Source: Octopus sinensis (taxonomy: Eukaryota). From it: a stretch of 64,000 nucleotides of DNA. The translations under genes were made by a program, and so were the position numbers. The notes beneath the pieces are model-generated. The model made no database searches. It was not told the origin of the DNA and was given only the letters and a program-made list of their open reading frames with translations. The stretch spans positions 100,006,001 to 100,070,000 of the forward strand of contig NC_043005.1 in the NCBI RefSeq assembly GCF_006345805.1, given 5' to 3'. Numbering within the stretch: the stretch's first letter is position 1; each line of letters opens with the position of its first letter. Positions 51,545 through 64,000 of the stretch are shown here, in pieces.

Positions 51545-53085
51545 TATATATATATATATAATGTATATCTATATATATATATATATATATAATGCATATC
51601 TATATATATCTATATAATGTATATATATAATGTATATATATATAATGTATATATATATAATGTATATATACATCTCACAAACACACACTTTACAAATACA
51701 CATCAGACAAGCACATACATGCACACACATATCTCACAAACATGAGCATATGCACCACAAACATGCACCACACACGCACATACCTCACTAACGCACATTT
51801 CACAAATGCAACCCACACATCCCATTACAAACATGTATCTTCTAACCGCTATCCACAAATACACATTAATAAATATGCATATCAGAAGCCGAGATCTTAG
51901 AAACACATGGACATATTATCAAATTTAGAAACATTATCAAGTAGTAAATGTAAAAAATATAAATAAAGAAACATATTAAATCAATAAATAAAAATATTTA
52001 TCAATATGTGATCAGACCTATTGACTTTTGCCTATAGAAATCATGTTTTCTCTTTCTCAAGAGCTAAGAGAACTAATGTAATGTGGAATACAATATCCTG
52101 TTCATAAATTCAATACTGTATCATTACTAGATTTGAACCAGCAACCCTTAAATTTGTGGTTCGAATGAAATGAAATGTAATGTCAATCTATGACAATAGT
52201 CCTTTGACTGAGACAGCTTCAGAGATCAATAACCCCTTATACAGAACCTCTGTACAACATGAGTTACATTCCTAGAATTTCTGATCAAATTTACCAAAGA
52301 CTAGATCATCTCAGACTGGGAGAATTAAGTGTGCTGAATAAAGACACAAAAGAATGCCCTGAGCCCCTATAGCTGCTTTCACAATGTCCTACCCTTTCAG
52401 TCCTTTTACCATTATGTCATACATACATCAAGAATACGGTAAATATATTTTTTATGGGGCAAGATTTCTTCTCCTGAAGTCCTTTAAAAGTCAACTCACT
52501 ACATCAGCATTTGCAGTCTTGTAACAAATGCCACTCATTCTCTTGGCCTTTATATTGGGAAACTGCCTTTCAACAATCACTGTGTGTGTGTGTGTGTGTG
52601 TGTGAGTGCAATTACAGGGATTGTCAAATGACTTTGTAATATTGGCATCCACTAGAAGTGCATTCATTCTGTGGAGTATTTAGAGACAGTAAATGAAGGT
52701 AATATGGAAATTGGAAAATCTGGAACAAGGAATGTATGTTGCAAGAATGTTCCAAAAGTATCGTGGAAACTTTCTCTTACACACACACACACACTTTTGA
52801 AATGTATACACCCATTTACAAGCATACATACATATACAAACACATACAGACACACAATTAAATAGGCATTTATAAACACATATACACAGATCTACAAACA
52901 TATACCTATACACACAAATGCACACACACACATACACACACACACACATACACACACACACACAGATAAAGAAATTGGAATGAAGATATCAAAAGTCCAT
53001 TTCTAAATTTATGAACGATGTCCAATAGTCTTTACATACATTCTTGTACACATGTATATACAGGTAGATAGGTAACTGGAGTGCA

Positions 53086-54197
53086 CAGTAATTCCCCGAC
53101 TATCACAGGTGTTACATTCCAAAACCTCCTGTGATAGGTGAAAAATCCACAATGTTGAAACAGTACTGTACTCTATATATTCTTTATCGTTTTTAAAATC
53201 TGTATATATTTATTTGTTTACTCATCTATGGTACCCTAAATATTTTCTTTTAATATATTTTAATTAATGTATTTAATTAATGTGTTTTGAAGGTGGTGAG
53301 CTGGCAGAAACGTTAGCACGTTGGGTGAAATGTGTAGCCGTATTTTGTCTGTCGTTACGTTCCGAGTTCAAATTCCGCCAAGGTTGACTTTGCCTTTCAT
53401 CCTCTCGGGGTCGATAAATAAAGTACCAGTTTCACACTGGGTCGATGTAATTGACTTAATCCCTTTGTCTGTCCTTGTTTGTCCCCTCTATGTTTAGCCC
53501 CTTGTGGGCAGTAAAGAAATATATATTTTAATTTAAGTGTTTATAATGGAAGGAAGGTTTTTATGATACTTTTGGGGAATCTTCTTCTTCCATTATAATT
53601 ATTCTGTTGATTCAAGGAGCTGGAAATATGAAGAATGAAGCTCTCAGGCAGACAAAATTTAATAAATGTCTATTCACAGGTGCTTCATACAAGGGGTTTG
53701 CTTTCAGTATCCATCTTCACAGCAGTGCATGGTTGGCTTTCTCTCCCATACACGTGAGGTTCAATAAACTCTGGAGACAATGCATGTTGTATCACAGTGG
53801 GACAAAAGTCTGCTGTGAGTTCCTTGCTTTGAATCTTGTTTGGTATTAGTGTGACAAGAACGAGAGGGGAAATTTTGTTATCTTTTCCTTAAATAATGGT
53901 TGCAGGCGAGATTTGCTGTTTCAAAATGGTGCTGGCTTCTTTGTGCCTTATTACATGTTATACAGTGCAGTACTGTACTCTATTTTTATTTATTAATTTA
54001 TTAATTTTTAGGCATGAAAATGCTCATTTTACCACAGAAATAATTAAAATCTAGAAAAAATAAATACCAATCAGCTGCAGAACCCTGCAATATACTATAT
54101 TAACCAGAAAAATCTGTGATGTACTGAGTGCACGATAGGTGAACTACGATCTACTGAGTGAGAGATGTGTGAACCGTGATATGGCAAGGGATTATTG
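53086..54197. mobile_element. Tigger/pogo-like (Tc1-mariner) non-autonomous relic containing a family A SINE (about 53290-53520)
   Basis: Left CAGTAATTCCCCGACTATC and right end reverse-complementing to CAATAATCCCTTGCCATATC; TA on the right flank, CA on the left. Confidence 0.6.
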
Positions 54198-55604
54198 TAT
54201 ATGTAATATATACATATAGCACATTTTGAAAAGTGTGTTCTGTATGTGTGTGTATGTTTGTGTGCATGTGTATGAATATATATACATATATATATATATA
54301 TACTAGACTACCTGTGACCCATTGGGTCACCAATAATTCATGGTACGTGAGAAAACTGCGTATCTCTGTAACCTGTGGTCCAATTTATGTGAAATTTATT
54401 TTATTCCATTTGTATCCACATGAGCATCTGATTCATGATGTCTCCTGCTTTTGTCTTTTTCCCTCTGTTTCACCAGAAGCTTGGCTCTCTGAGCATCCCA
54501 CTCATGATCTCTCCTGCTTCTGTCTCTTTCCCTTCTATTCGCATGCCTGTCCCAATCTTGGGTAAATATTTCGGAAATGACCCATTTGCACATCGGTGTG
54601 AAATAATTTTTTCCACAGGTTCTCCTGAGTGAAGTCAACATATCTCACCTCCAATCCCACTGTAAACCACTTTCTTCTGGAGAAGAATAGAGGGAGGGGT
54701 GGTGGGGATCTCGGAGTTTCCCACCAACAAAGTTTTGTTTTGTGGGTTTTTGTTTTCTTTTCCAGGTTATTTCACGTGCTTTCAATGAATGTGACATTGA
54801 AGTCAAGCGTAAATGGCTCCTTTCCTCAGAAAAGATAAGATTTGGCTGCTATTTCTGGTATGCCCAGCTACCACGTAACAGATATTTCGGGTCCTTTATC
54901 ATAAATAGTTGTTACGTGGTAGCAGGGTGTGCTAGAAATAGCAGCCAAATCTTTGGCGGTAAGATATGTTGAATGCACTCGAAAAACAACCTATGGAAAA
55001 ATAATATTTCAAACCAAAGATATGAATGGGTCTTTTATGAACTATTTACCATATTTTTAAAGTCATTTTCACTTTAAAATATTTTTTTAAATGTGCCAAA
55101 AAAAATTTTGTGATGGTATTCACTTGAAAATAATAATAAAAAAAAAATCAAAATATTGTCTGTTTAAGGAAAGCTAAAATATAGATACTTACTGTACAAG
55201 CAACTTACATTTTTGAAATCACATTCACTTAAAAATATTTCTAAATGATTAAAATATTGTGTTTAACACAAAAATAGAAATATTTTAACACAAAAATAGA
55301 AATATTTTTTTATTGTCAAGTTAAAGACATTAATGAGTCTAATCGAAAGGTTAGAGTTTCTTCCCTTTCAGGGTTAAACTATTTTCCGTGTACTTTCCCA
55401 TTATGCACAGTTTTGGGTATTTATACCCACCAAGCCCATAATATCTCAAGAACCAGTTGTCCAGTTTACGCGAAACTTGTTTTATTCCATTTGTATTAAC
55501 ATTTCAGGGGAACCTTAATTCATAGTATTTTCTCATTATGCATCAGTTTGGCTGTGTAACATTGCAAGCAAGCAAGTTCATTTTATATATATATATATAA
55601 TTTT

Positions 55605-55850
55605 AGCTGTTACTTGTTTCAATCATTAGATTGGGATTGTAGCCATACTGAGTCACAGCCTTGTAAGGTCTTAGTTGAACAAATCAGTCCCAGTAAATAT
55701 TTTTTTGTCTTTAAGCCTTGTGCTTATTCTATCAATCTTTTTTGCTGAACTGTTAAGTTATAGGAATGTAAATAAGTCAACATCATTTCCAAGCAGTGGT
55801 GGAGGACAAACAAAAGCACAAAGACATACACATGTATAGATATATACATA
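55605..55850 (-). mobile_element. SINE family B-related 3' part
   Basis: Tail and internal module homologous to other copies. Confidence 0.65.
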
Positions 55851-55869
55851 CAAGCATTCATACATATGT

Positions 55870-55953
<84 letters not shown>

Positions 55954-57559
55954 CAAATCCACAGAAAACAAAATATGAAGACAGGTGCAGGAACAAGCAG
56001 GTGTATTAATTTGACACTTAGGAAGAATGGAAAAGTCTTTGACGTTTTGAGGCTACACTCTTTGACAGAAAGGATCGAGAGGAAAAAGATGGAGAGAGAA
56101 TGAAAAAAAATGGAAAGATAAAAAAATGAGTAGGGATTAACGGTTCAACACGTAGACACATATATATGTTCTTAGTAAATTGGCCTTAATGAAGGTAAAA
56201 GTAGAGCTGCACTTGGCTTTAATGACGGTGGAAATGTACTGGGCATTAGTAAGAGTGACAGTTAAAGGTGTAGTAGGCCTTCATGAAGATGACAGTTACA
56301 AGGGCATTGGGTCTTAATGAAGATGACACTCAATGAGAGTGACAAAAAGGAGGTACTGGGCCTTAATGTGGGTGACAGAAGTATATTGAGTCTTAATGGG
56401 AGTGAGAGTAGAAGTGCAATGATATGCAGTTAGAGTGACAGTAAAGTTGGAGTGAAGCTCAATTAGAGTATGAATAGAGGTGCAGTGGACCTTAACAGAA
56501 TGGGTTTATTTTAAGGCAAGGATACCAGGAGAAGCAGTCCATTGGAACTCTAAAGGTGGTGGGTAAGGTGGAATGAGGGCCAGTTATTAAAATGATGGCA
56601 ATAGTGGTGATGCAAGATGTGGTGTTGCTCTTGTTGTTGCTTAGCCCTAGGTCAGTGCTTAGTGAGAAAACCTATTATCAGTAAAGTCATTCATCAAGTA
56701 GTGATCATCCTGTCTTCTTATGAGGAATAATGTAGTCTTCATGACATTATCCAATGTTTCCTGTTTTAAGATGGTATTAGAGTGCATATGGATGATGATG
56801 ATTATGATGATGATGATATGATGATGATGATTGGTGGCAGTAGTGAAAAATGATGATTGTGGCTGTGATGAAGATGATTATCATGATGACGATGATCATA
56901 ATGATAAAAATGTCGATCATAACAAAAGCAAATGAACCCTTTTGGCATCTACCGTTGCAGTTGTTATAAGTGCTGCACCTCCTGTTGCTATCATTATGAT
57001 TGCTGTTCCTATAGTTTCTATTGTCCTTTTCACTGTTGCTGCTGTTGTTGCTGTTATTGCTGCTGCGGTCACTACTGTTGCTACCGTCGTCCCATTATTA
57101 TTGCTAGTTCTCCTATTTTTGCTGCTGCTGTTGTTGTTGTTGTTGTCATTGTTGTTACTATTAATGTTGTTAGTGCTACTGTTGTCATTATTACCCCTGC
57201 TACATTTGTTATTGCTGTTGTTGTTGTTGTTATTGTTTCTGCTAGGATGTTGTTTTTTTTTGTTTTTATTGCTGCCGTTGCTTGTTGTGCTGACAATGAT
57301 GCAACAGTAATGAAAACATTGAAATAGAGAAACACAATTTTAATAAACATGATGGAATAATTATCACCAATTAAATTATCCTCTCAATTCAAAAATTTCT
57401 TTCCTCTATTTTTGCTTTTCACTTCAATTATTTATTTGTTCTTTACAATTTTTTTTATTATTTACCTAGTTTTTTTTCTTACATTTTTTGGCAAATTGTC
57501 ATGAATTTTTAAAGTTGTTTCTGAAACACTAATTAAGAATATCACAATATTTATGTATT

Positions 57560-57601
57560 TAGTTAGTTATATATATGTATTTGTTTGTGTGTGTATATAT
57601 A

Positions 57602-57649
<48 letters not shown>

Positions 57650-58131
57650 GTGTGTTTGTGTGTGTGTAGTTATAACCAAGTATGTATGTACACACACATA
57701 TACACACACATATATATCATCATATAATATTTATTATACACACATAATACACACATACATTGTATCATTATATTCATTCATTATCTGTTAAACCCTTTCA
57801 CACATCTCTTACTCACACACAAATATCACCCATTCCTCCCCACCACACACCAATCACATACAAAACTATAAACATACATGCCTACACACACACATGCACA
57901 CACACCTATGTATGTGTGACGTGTGTGTATGTATGTACATCTGTGTGTGTGTGTATGTGTATGTATGTATATATATATAAAGATAGATAATATATATATA
58001 TATATATATACATATATAAACTTAAATATATATATGTATGTTTGTGTGTGTATATATATATATAATATATATATATGCATATAAATATATATATATTTAA
58101 ATTTAAATATATATATATGTATGTATGTTTG

Positions 58132-58182
<51 letters not shown>

Positions 58183-58207
58183 GTACACACGTGATGTGTA
58201 TGTATGT

Positions 58208-58238
<31 letters not shown>

Positions 58239-58270
58239 TGTGTGTTGGTATATTTATATTATTAATATTT
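57560..58270. repeat. (TA)n/(CA)n/(TG)n compound microsatellite region
   Basis: Seen directly. Confidence 0.9.
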
Positions 58271-59051
58271 GATTGCATGTATAGTTTTATATAAAACAAA
58301 TATTAAACTGAAGGAAGAATCACTCAATATTTTTCAGTAGAGTAACACATTTATTTCTATTTTTACAAAAAATAAATTGATAGTTTCATCAACATGACAG
58401 CTATGTGGTCTTTATCGAACTATATTGCCCAAATTTCCAAGTAACCGTCTGTCGTTGCTTTATAAAACTAATACATGTACACACATTCACACACACACAC
58501 ACACACAGACATTCACATGCATGCATGCCCACATTTATACCAATTCAATAAAATTCCATTGGTTTGGCTCATTTGCAGTATATTCAGATCAATCAACGAA
58601 CCCTGTAGACTGACCTGTAGAATGGCCTTGCAGACAGTCAAAGCAGAGATGATGGCTGAACTGGAAGGCGATACATTCCAGCAAGTATGTTTATTGGAAG
58701 CTCAAGACATATGGTAAAGCACTACCAAGATGCCATGGCCATTGTAAGGACGTTTGTAAAGCCTACATTATTTGTCACTTTCATCTGCAAACAAAAATGA
58801 GAAGAAATAACAAGAGAGCTAAACGCTGATCAAACTGTTGTGAATTGTCCTGAGATAACTGCATGGATTCTCAAAAGAAAGCAGAAGCAACTTCTACTGG
58901 ACATTAAATCTAGAGTTTTGGAAAAATCAGTGGCCTGTGTGAACACAATTGAATTTAAAAAAAAACAAGGGGGGGATCTACTACATTGTCACTTCCTTTT
59001 TACAATAGAAAACAGTCACAATGCATAGCAAGAAATCAACAAAGTTGTTTC

Positions 59052-59285
59052 GTATTTCTTTATTGCCCACAAGGGGCTAAACATAGAGGGGACAAACAAG
59101 GACAGAGAAAGGGATTAAGTTGATTAGAGCGACCCCAGTACATAACTGGTACTTAATTTATTGACCCCGAAAGGATGAAAGGCAAAGTTGACCTTGGCGG
59201 AATTTGAACTCAGAACATAAAGACAGACGAAATACCGCTAAGCATTTCATCCGGCGCTCGAACGTTTCTGCCAGTTTGCTGGCTT
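59052..59285 (-). mobile_element. SINE family A inserted in Helitron Rep
   Basis: 19-bp TSD AAATCAACAAAGTTGTTTC at 59033-59051 and 59286-59304. Confidence 0.95.
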
Positions 59286-59629
59286 AAATCAACAAAGTTG
59301 TTTCTGCTGAACTTCCTGGCTGAGAAAAATCCAAAGATCTGGTCTCCATATTTTGGTGAAGGAGCACGTGAGACAAGTTTGCCTTGCATCATAAAAAAGG
59401 ATTCTGCAGAAAAGTTATCCCTGTCTATACCATTCACAAATGATGACTAAAGATGAATGTTATCCACTGTATCGTTGCCGAATCCCAGCTGAAGGAAACC
59501 ATACTGCCTCTGTGAGAACTGGAAATAGGGACATCACTGTAGATACCAGACACATAGTTCCGTGTATTGCCTGGCTGCTGCAGAAATGTGGAGCTCACAC
59601 TAATGTTGAATGGTGTGTGTCAATCAAAG

Positions 59630-59880
59630 CTGTCATCATCAACATCGTTTAACGTCTGTCTTCCATGCTAGCACAGGTTGGACGGTTCGACCAGGGTCTG
59701 GGAAGCCAGGAGGTTGCACCAGGCTCCAGTTTGATCTGGCAGTGTTTCTACAGCTGGATGCCCTTCCTAACACCAACTACTCCGTGAGTGTAGTGGGTGC
59801 TTTTTACGTGCCACTGGCACAGGTGCCAGGGGAGGCTGGCATCAGCCATGATCGGTTGGTACATTTTACGTGCCACTGTA
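59630..59880 (-). mobile_element. Family D repeat inserted in Helitron Rep motif 3
   Basis: Splits SIKAV from KYIFKG; homologous to 829-975. Confidence 0.85.
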
Positions 59881-62266
59881 TAAATATATATTCAAAGGAG
59901 CAGACCATTCTGTAATTTCTCCAGAAAGAAAGCAAGAATAGATTTGTATTGACGTTGGTGATGTATCTCAAACCAAGATCGTGAAATATGAAAATTACAG
60001 GCACCTTGAACCATCTGAATCATGCTTGAGACTTTTTGAGTTTCCAATTCAATAAGGAAGTCTTTCTGTTGAATGCCTTTAGATTCACTTGCCCAATCAA
60101 CATGTAATTTTTGATATAAACAGCCCAGAATATGCTTTGCAGCAAGCTCAAACAACTAAACTCACTGCTTATTTTGATAAGAATCCTGAAGATGCAGAGA
60201 CAAGAAGTATTCTTTATTGTGACTTCTCTGAGCATTGTACATCGAGTAAGACCTAGAGAAGGAGAGTAAGAAGGAATAACACAGACAATTGGTAGAGTGT
60301 ACACTGTCCATTTGTCTCAGGATAACTCTTCCATTTGAGATTGTTGCTTCGCCACAGGACCAGAGCTACGAATTTTGAAGACCTGCAAACAGTTGATAAT
60401 GCAACATGCGAAAGAGCAAGTGTGCATGCATGAGGTAACCACAACTCTGCTGACCAGCTTAGAAGGTTATTTGAGACAATTCTTCGCCTCTGTTGTCCAT
60501 CTGAGCCTCTAACATTATACAACATGCTCCATGATACTCTGCCTGAAGACTTTCTGAGCATGCAACAGAAGTGGTTGTTAATGACATGTTGTGTGTTCTG
60601 GATCATCAATTAATACAGTATCATTGTTGAACACTTGGTTATGATTGATCTGCTGCAAATAAGCAGCAACAGACTGCATCTGTCAATCAAGATGAAACAA
60701 ATTCTTCAGCAAAAACTTACGACACTGATTACATTGATATGTCCAACAACAAACAGAGGATTGTCTTTGAAATAGTCAAAATGAAAACCAACTCCAATTA
60801 AGGGGGTTTTCAATTTATTGAGGTTGGAGGAGAAACAGGCAAAAGTTTCCTGTTAAACTTGTGTTTACAATAAAAAAGAGGAATCGCCCTCACTACAGCT
60901 TCCTTTCGTATTGTGGTCACATTGATAAGGCTCAGCGACACTGTTTGTTCCCGCTTCATGTTCCCCATTCTAGTAATATCAGCTCCAACACGTCATGTCT
61001 TGCCTAATGATGCAACTGGATGCCTTATATATGATGCTCACCCATTGGTATGGCATAAAGCCCCAATGTGACCCAGGCATCTTTTTAAAACTTTAAATTG
61101 CACACTTCAGGATGACATGAACTATGAACAACTTCCTTGGAGGAAAATTATTGGTCCTTGGTGGAGATTTGTGATAAATTCTTCTTGTCGTTCACAAAGT
61201 CACTCAACCTTCACTAATTAGTGCATGCATAAGTCATTGCAAAGCCTTGCATCTACAGACAAATATGAGAGTTCTAAATCCTCTGAATAACAATGATATA
61301 CATATAATCAGCTAAATCATTATGTAAACTGGTCGTTGGAACCGAGCAAAGATTCCCAACATCATTGATGGTGATCTTTTATTTAAGGATGTCACTGTAT
61401 TCCCACGTTCTTTAACAGTGAGCTCCAAAGAAAAATTGATTGAATTGGTTGATGTTGATTTGCCAATGAACTACAGAAATGGGCAATGAACATCTTCGAG
61501 AGTATTTTAACAAGAAAAAAATAAGTTAATAAGCTGAATAATGACATTATGGGAAAACGTCTGAGAAATGGGATTATATTAAGAAATATGAATTCAGTGG
61601 CAGAAGAAAATCAGTTTTTCTTCTATTCTCCAGAATTTTTGAATTCAGTAAGTATATGTAGGCTTACTCCTAACACAATCAAGATCGAGACTCCAGTAAT
61701 GTTATTACAAAATACAGATCACACTCAAGGCCACTGGAATGGTACTCCCTTCACAGTGCTCAATTCCACTGATGCTTTACTGACTTTGAGGGAACTCAGT
61801 GGCGTTGATACTGGGGCTGTGCTGACCGTTTCTAAAATTCTCCTTCAGCCCTCTGACACAGACTTACCATTCACCCTATGAAGATTACATTTCTTCATCA
61901 GACCTCCTTATGGTAGGTCAATAAATAAGAGTCAAAGACAAAGTTTAGAGAGATGTGGACTGTATTTTCCTGATTCAGTGTTCAAACATTGACAATTTTA
62001 TGATGCTAACAGTAGAGGAGACCCTAAAAATCAGCACATATATGCAGACCAAATAGAATTCAGTAGCACAGCCAAGAAGAGGCAAGATTATAGAAAAAGA
62101 ACTTTGAAATGGAATCTTGTTTACCATGAAGTTATCTTTATGAGGTATTGCTCAATCAATATAATTATATATGAAAAGCAGTATTTCAAATAAATGTTAT
62201 TGTTCAAAAGTATTCAAACAATAATAAATCTCTGAACGAGGTATAAACAGTAGCTGCATGAAAATA

Positions 62267-62880
62267 TGAAGTATATTTGTCACTTAAATGTGGCTAACCA
62301 CTAAGGGTGGATGCTGCTGTAGCTTGTAGCCCCAGGAGAACATCTTCTCCAGCTGGCTATTGACACACTTTCTGTGCCATATCAGTATTTTCAAAGGCAG
62401 TGAGCTGGCAGAAACATTGGTACACTGGGCGAAATGCTTAGCGGTATTTCGTCTGCCGCTACGTTCTGAGTTCAAATTCCACCGAGGTCGACTTTGCCTT
62501 TCATTCTTTCAGGGTCGATTAAATAAGTACCAGTTACGCACTGGGGTCGATGTAATCGCCTTAATATGTTGTCTGTCCTTGTTTGTCCCCTCTGTGTTTA
62601 GCCCCTTGTGGGTAGTAAAGAAATAAATATTTGCAAAGGGAAGCCATCCTTCCCATCGTCAACCTGACGTGATATGCACGAACGCAAGTTTCTGGGTATT
62701 TACCTGTCATCAGCGCATGACATCACTAGTCTTTGACGTGAAGGGGGTCCCAATGCAAATACTGATAGGGCACAGAAAGTGTGTCAATAGCCAGCTGGAG
62801 AAAATGTTCTCCTGGGGCTACAAGCTACAGTAGCATCCTTCCTTAGTGGTTAGCCACATTTAAGTGGCAAATATACTTCA
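62267..62880. mobile_element. MITE-like element with TIRs of about 124 bp, containing a family A SINE (about 62395-62625)
   Basis: 62267-62390 reverse-complements 62757-62880 with few mismatches; no clear TSD. Confidence 0.8.
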
Positions 62881-62977
62881 CAGTATACAAACAGTTATTA
62901 ATTTTCACTGAAGAAGTCAATCTAAATGTTATTTGCACAGTTTATGAAGGTACATATATGATTAACAAATATTTTTT

Positions 62978-63006
62978 ACCTGCAGTGTAACACCAGGTAA
63001 CAGTAG
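62978..63006 (+). other. Candidate Helitron 3' terminus
   Basis: Hairpin ACCTG-CAGTGTAACAC-CAGGT then aacagtag/t, about 0.9 kb after the helicase relic. Confidence 0.45.
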
Positions 63007-64000
63007 TAGTAGTAGTAGTAGTAGTAGCAATAGCAGATAATTATGACTGCTTAAAAGTAACTTTCTCTTCCCCAGTTTCCAAATAAAATGTTTAAGTTAT
63101 TATGCATTATGTTAGTGAATGTGAATGATGAAATAGATGCTGAGAACTGAGCTGTAAATACAGAGAGCACAATAGATTCAGCACAAGCAACAGCTATTGC
63201 ATAGCAAATGTACCATAACTTTTGCCTCCTTCCTTCCTGAGAGCTTACATGTTTGCTCTGAGATGAGCTGCTTCTGTGAGTGGAATGCATATTGCTTGAT
63301 TGTAAGTCATATTATACACATAGATGCATGCATATACATACATATGTACATAGAATTTACATATATGAATGCATATTTTCTACACATAAAATCACACACA
63401 CACACACACAGATATGAGTGTGTACGTGTGTATGTATATGAATGTGTGTGTATGTGTGTGAGTGTAAACACATAAATCCTTATACAGAAGCATACACATA
63501 TAGACCAATATTAATACACAGGTACGCATACACAAGTGCATGCACAGGCTCATAACTGTACACACACACACACACACACTGCACATGCACACACGCAAAC
63601 ATGCAAACACACATCATGGTTGATTAACAGCACAGCTTAATGGGTTTACTTTGAAATTTTTGCCAAAGGGATAATCTGATAAAAAGGCTTAAATAATTTA
63701 GAAGATTAGAACAAACAACTTGTTGCTGATATTCAGTTAATTAATGATGTGTGTACAGAAAATAGGCTAAGTGTAAATACACACACACACACACACACAC
63801 GTATAAACATTCATATACATACACATTAGCAGTTGGGAATTGATATAAACATGCGCACCCCACGAGTTGAACGAAAGCATATTGATAAAGGTGATATATC
63901 AATATATATACACACACGTACATACATACGCACATATATATATGCACATATTTATACATATACATACATACATACACACACATATATATATATATGCACA

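Larger units (their letters stand above)
58400..62130 (+). pseudogene. Helitron Rep/PIF1-like helicase (RepHel) pseudogene
   Basis: HYQDAMAIVRTFVKPTLFVTF (Rep motif 1), IEFKKK..LLHCH (motif 2), AHTNVEWCVSIKAV/KYIFKG (motif 3), LVWHKAPM, GGKLLVLGGD, PEFLNS..PVMLLQN..NGT, INKSQRQSL; many stops and frameshifts. Confidence 0.92.

Noticed and set aside
54396-54641. 81-aa charged ORF with an internal repeat
   Set aside because: Arises from a short local tandem duplication in repeat-derived sequence; no coding evidence.
56932-57350. Cys/Leu/Ala/Thr-rich ORFs of 89-131 aa
   Set aside because: Derived from degenerate (GTT/GCT)n repeats.
63051-63290. 79-aa minus-strand ORF with a hydrophobic, transmembrane-like stretch
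   Set aside because: No recognisable family, no consistent splice structure, and the length is expected by chance.

Overview
AT-rich, microsatellite-saturated animal genomic DNA. The SINE families and TE mix point to an octopus (coleoid cephalopod) genome; this is an inference. No complete host gene is present: there is one good orphan coding exon (47870-47983, +) and one weaker candidate (13271-13320, +), so most of the window may be intronic. The rest is layered mobile DNA: (AAT)n-targeted R4/Dong-type LINE pieces (one with an uninterrupted 524-codon frame), HERO-like, RTE and CR1 LINE relics, three or more tRNA-derived SINE families (several with target-site duplications, TSDs), a decayed Helitron Rep/helicase, a non-autonomous Helitron, a Mutator-like foldback carrying TTAGGG repeats, and piggyBac-, Tigger-, mariner- and hAT-type relics. 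Most notable are (1) a mismatch-free 514-bp palindrome whose arms carry type I hammerhead-ribozyme-like folds within a Penelope-like array, (2) a RAG1/Transib/Chapaev-like transposase relic lying between two halves of a HERO-like LINE, and (3) a tRNA-Leu-like gene with a TAT anticodon and a 5S rRNA copy, each abutting the same SINE family at its 3' end. Family names come from recalled motifs, not database searches; most element boundaries are approximate unless a TSD or terminus is quoted.
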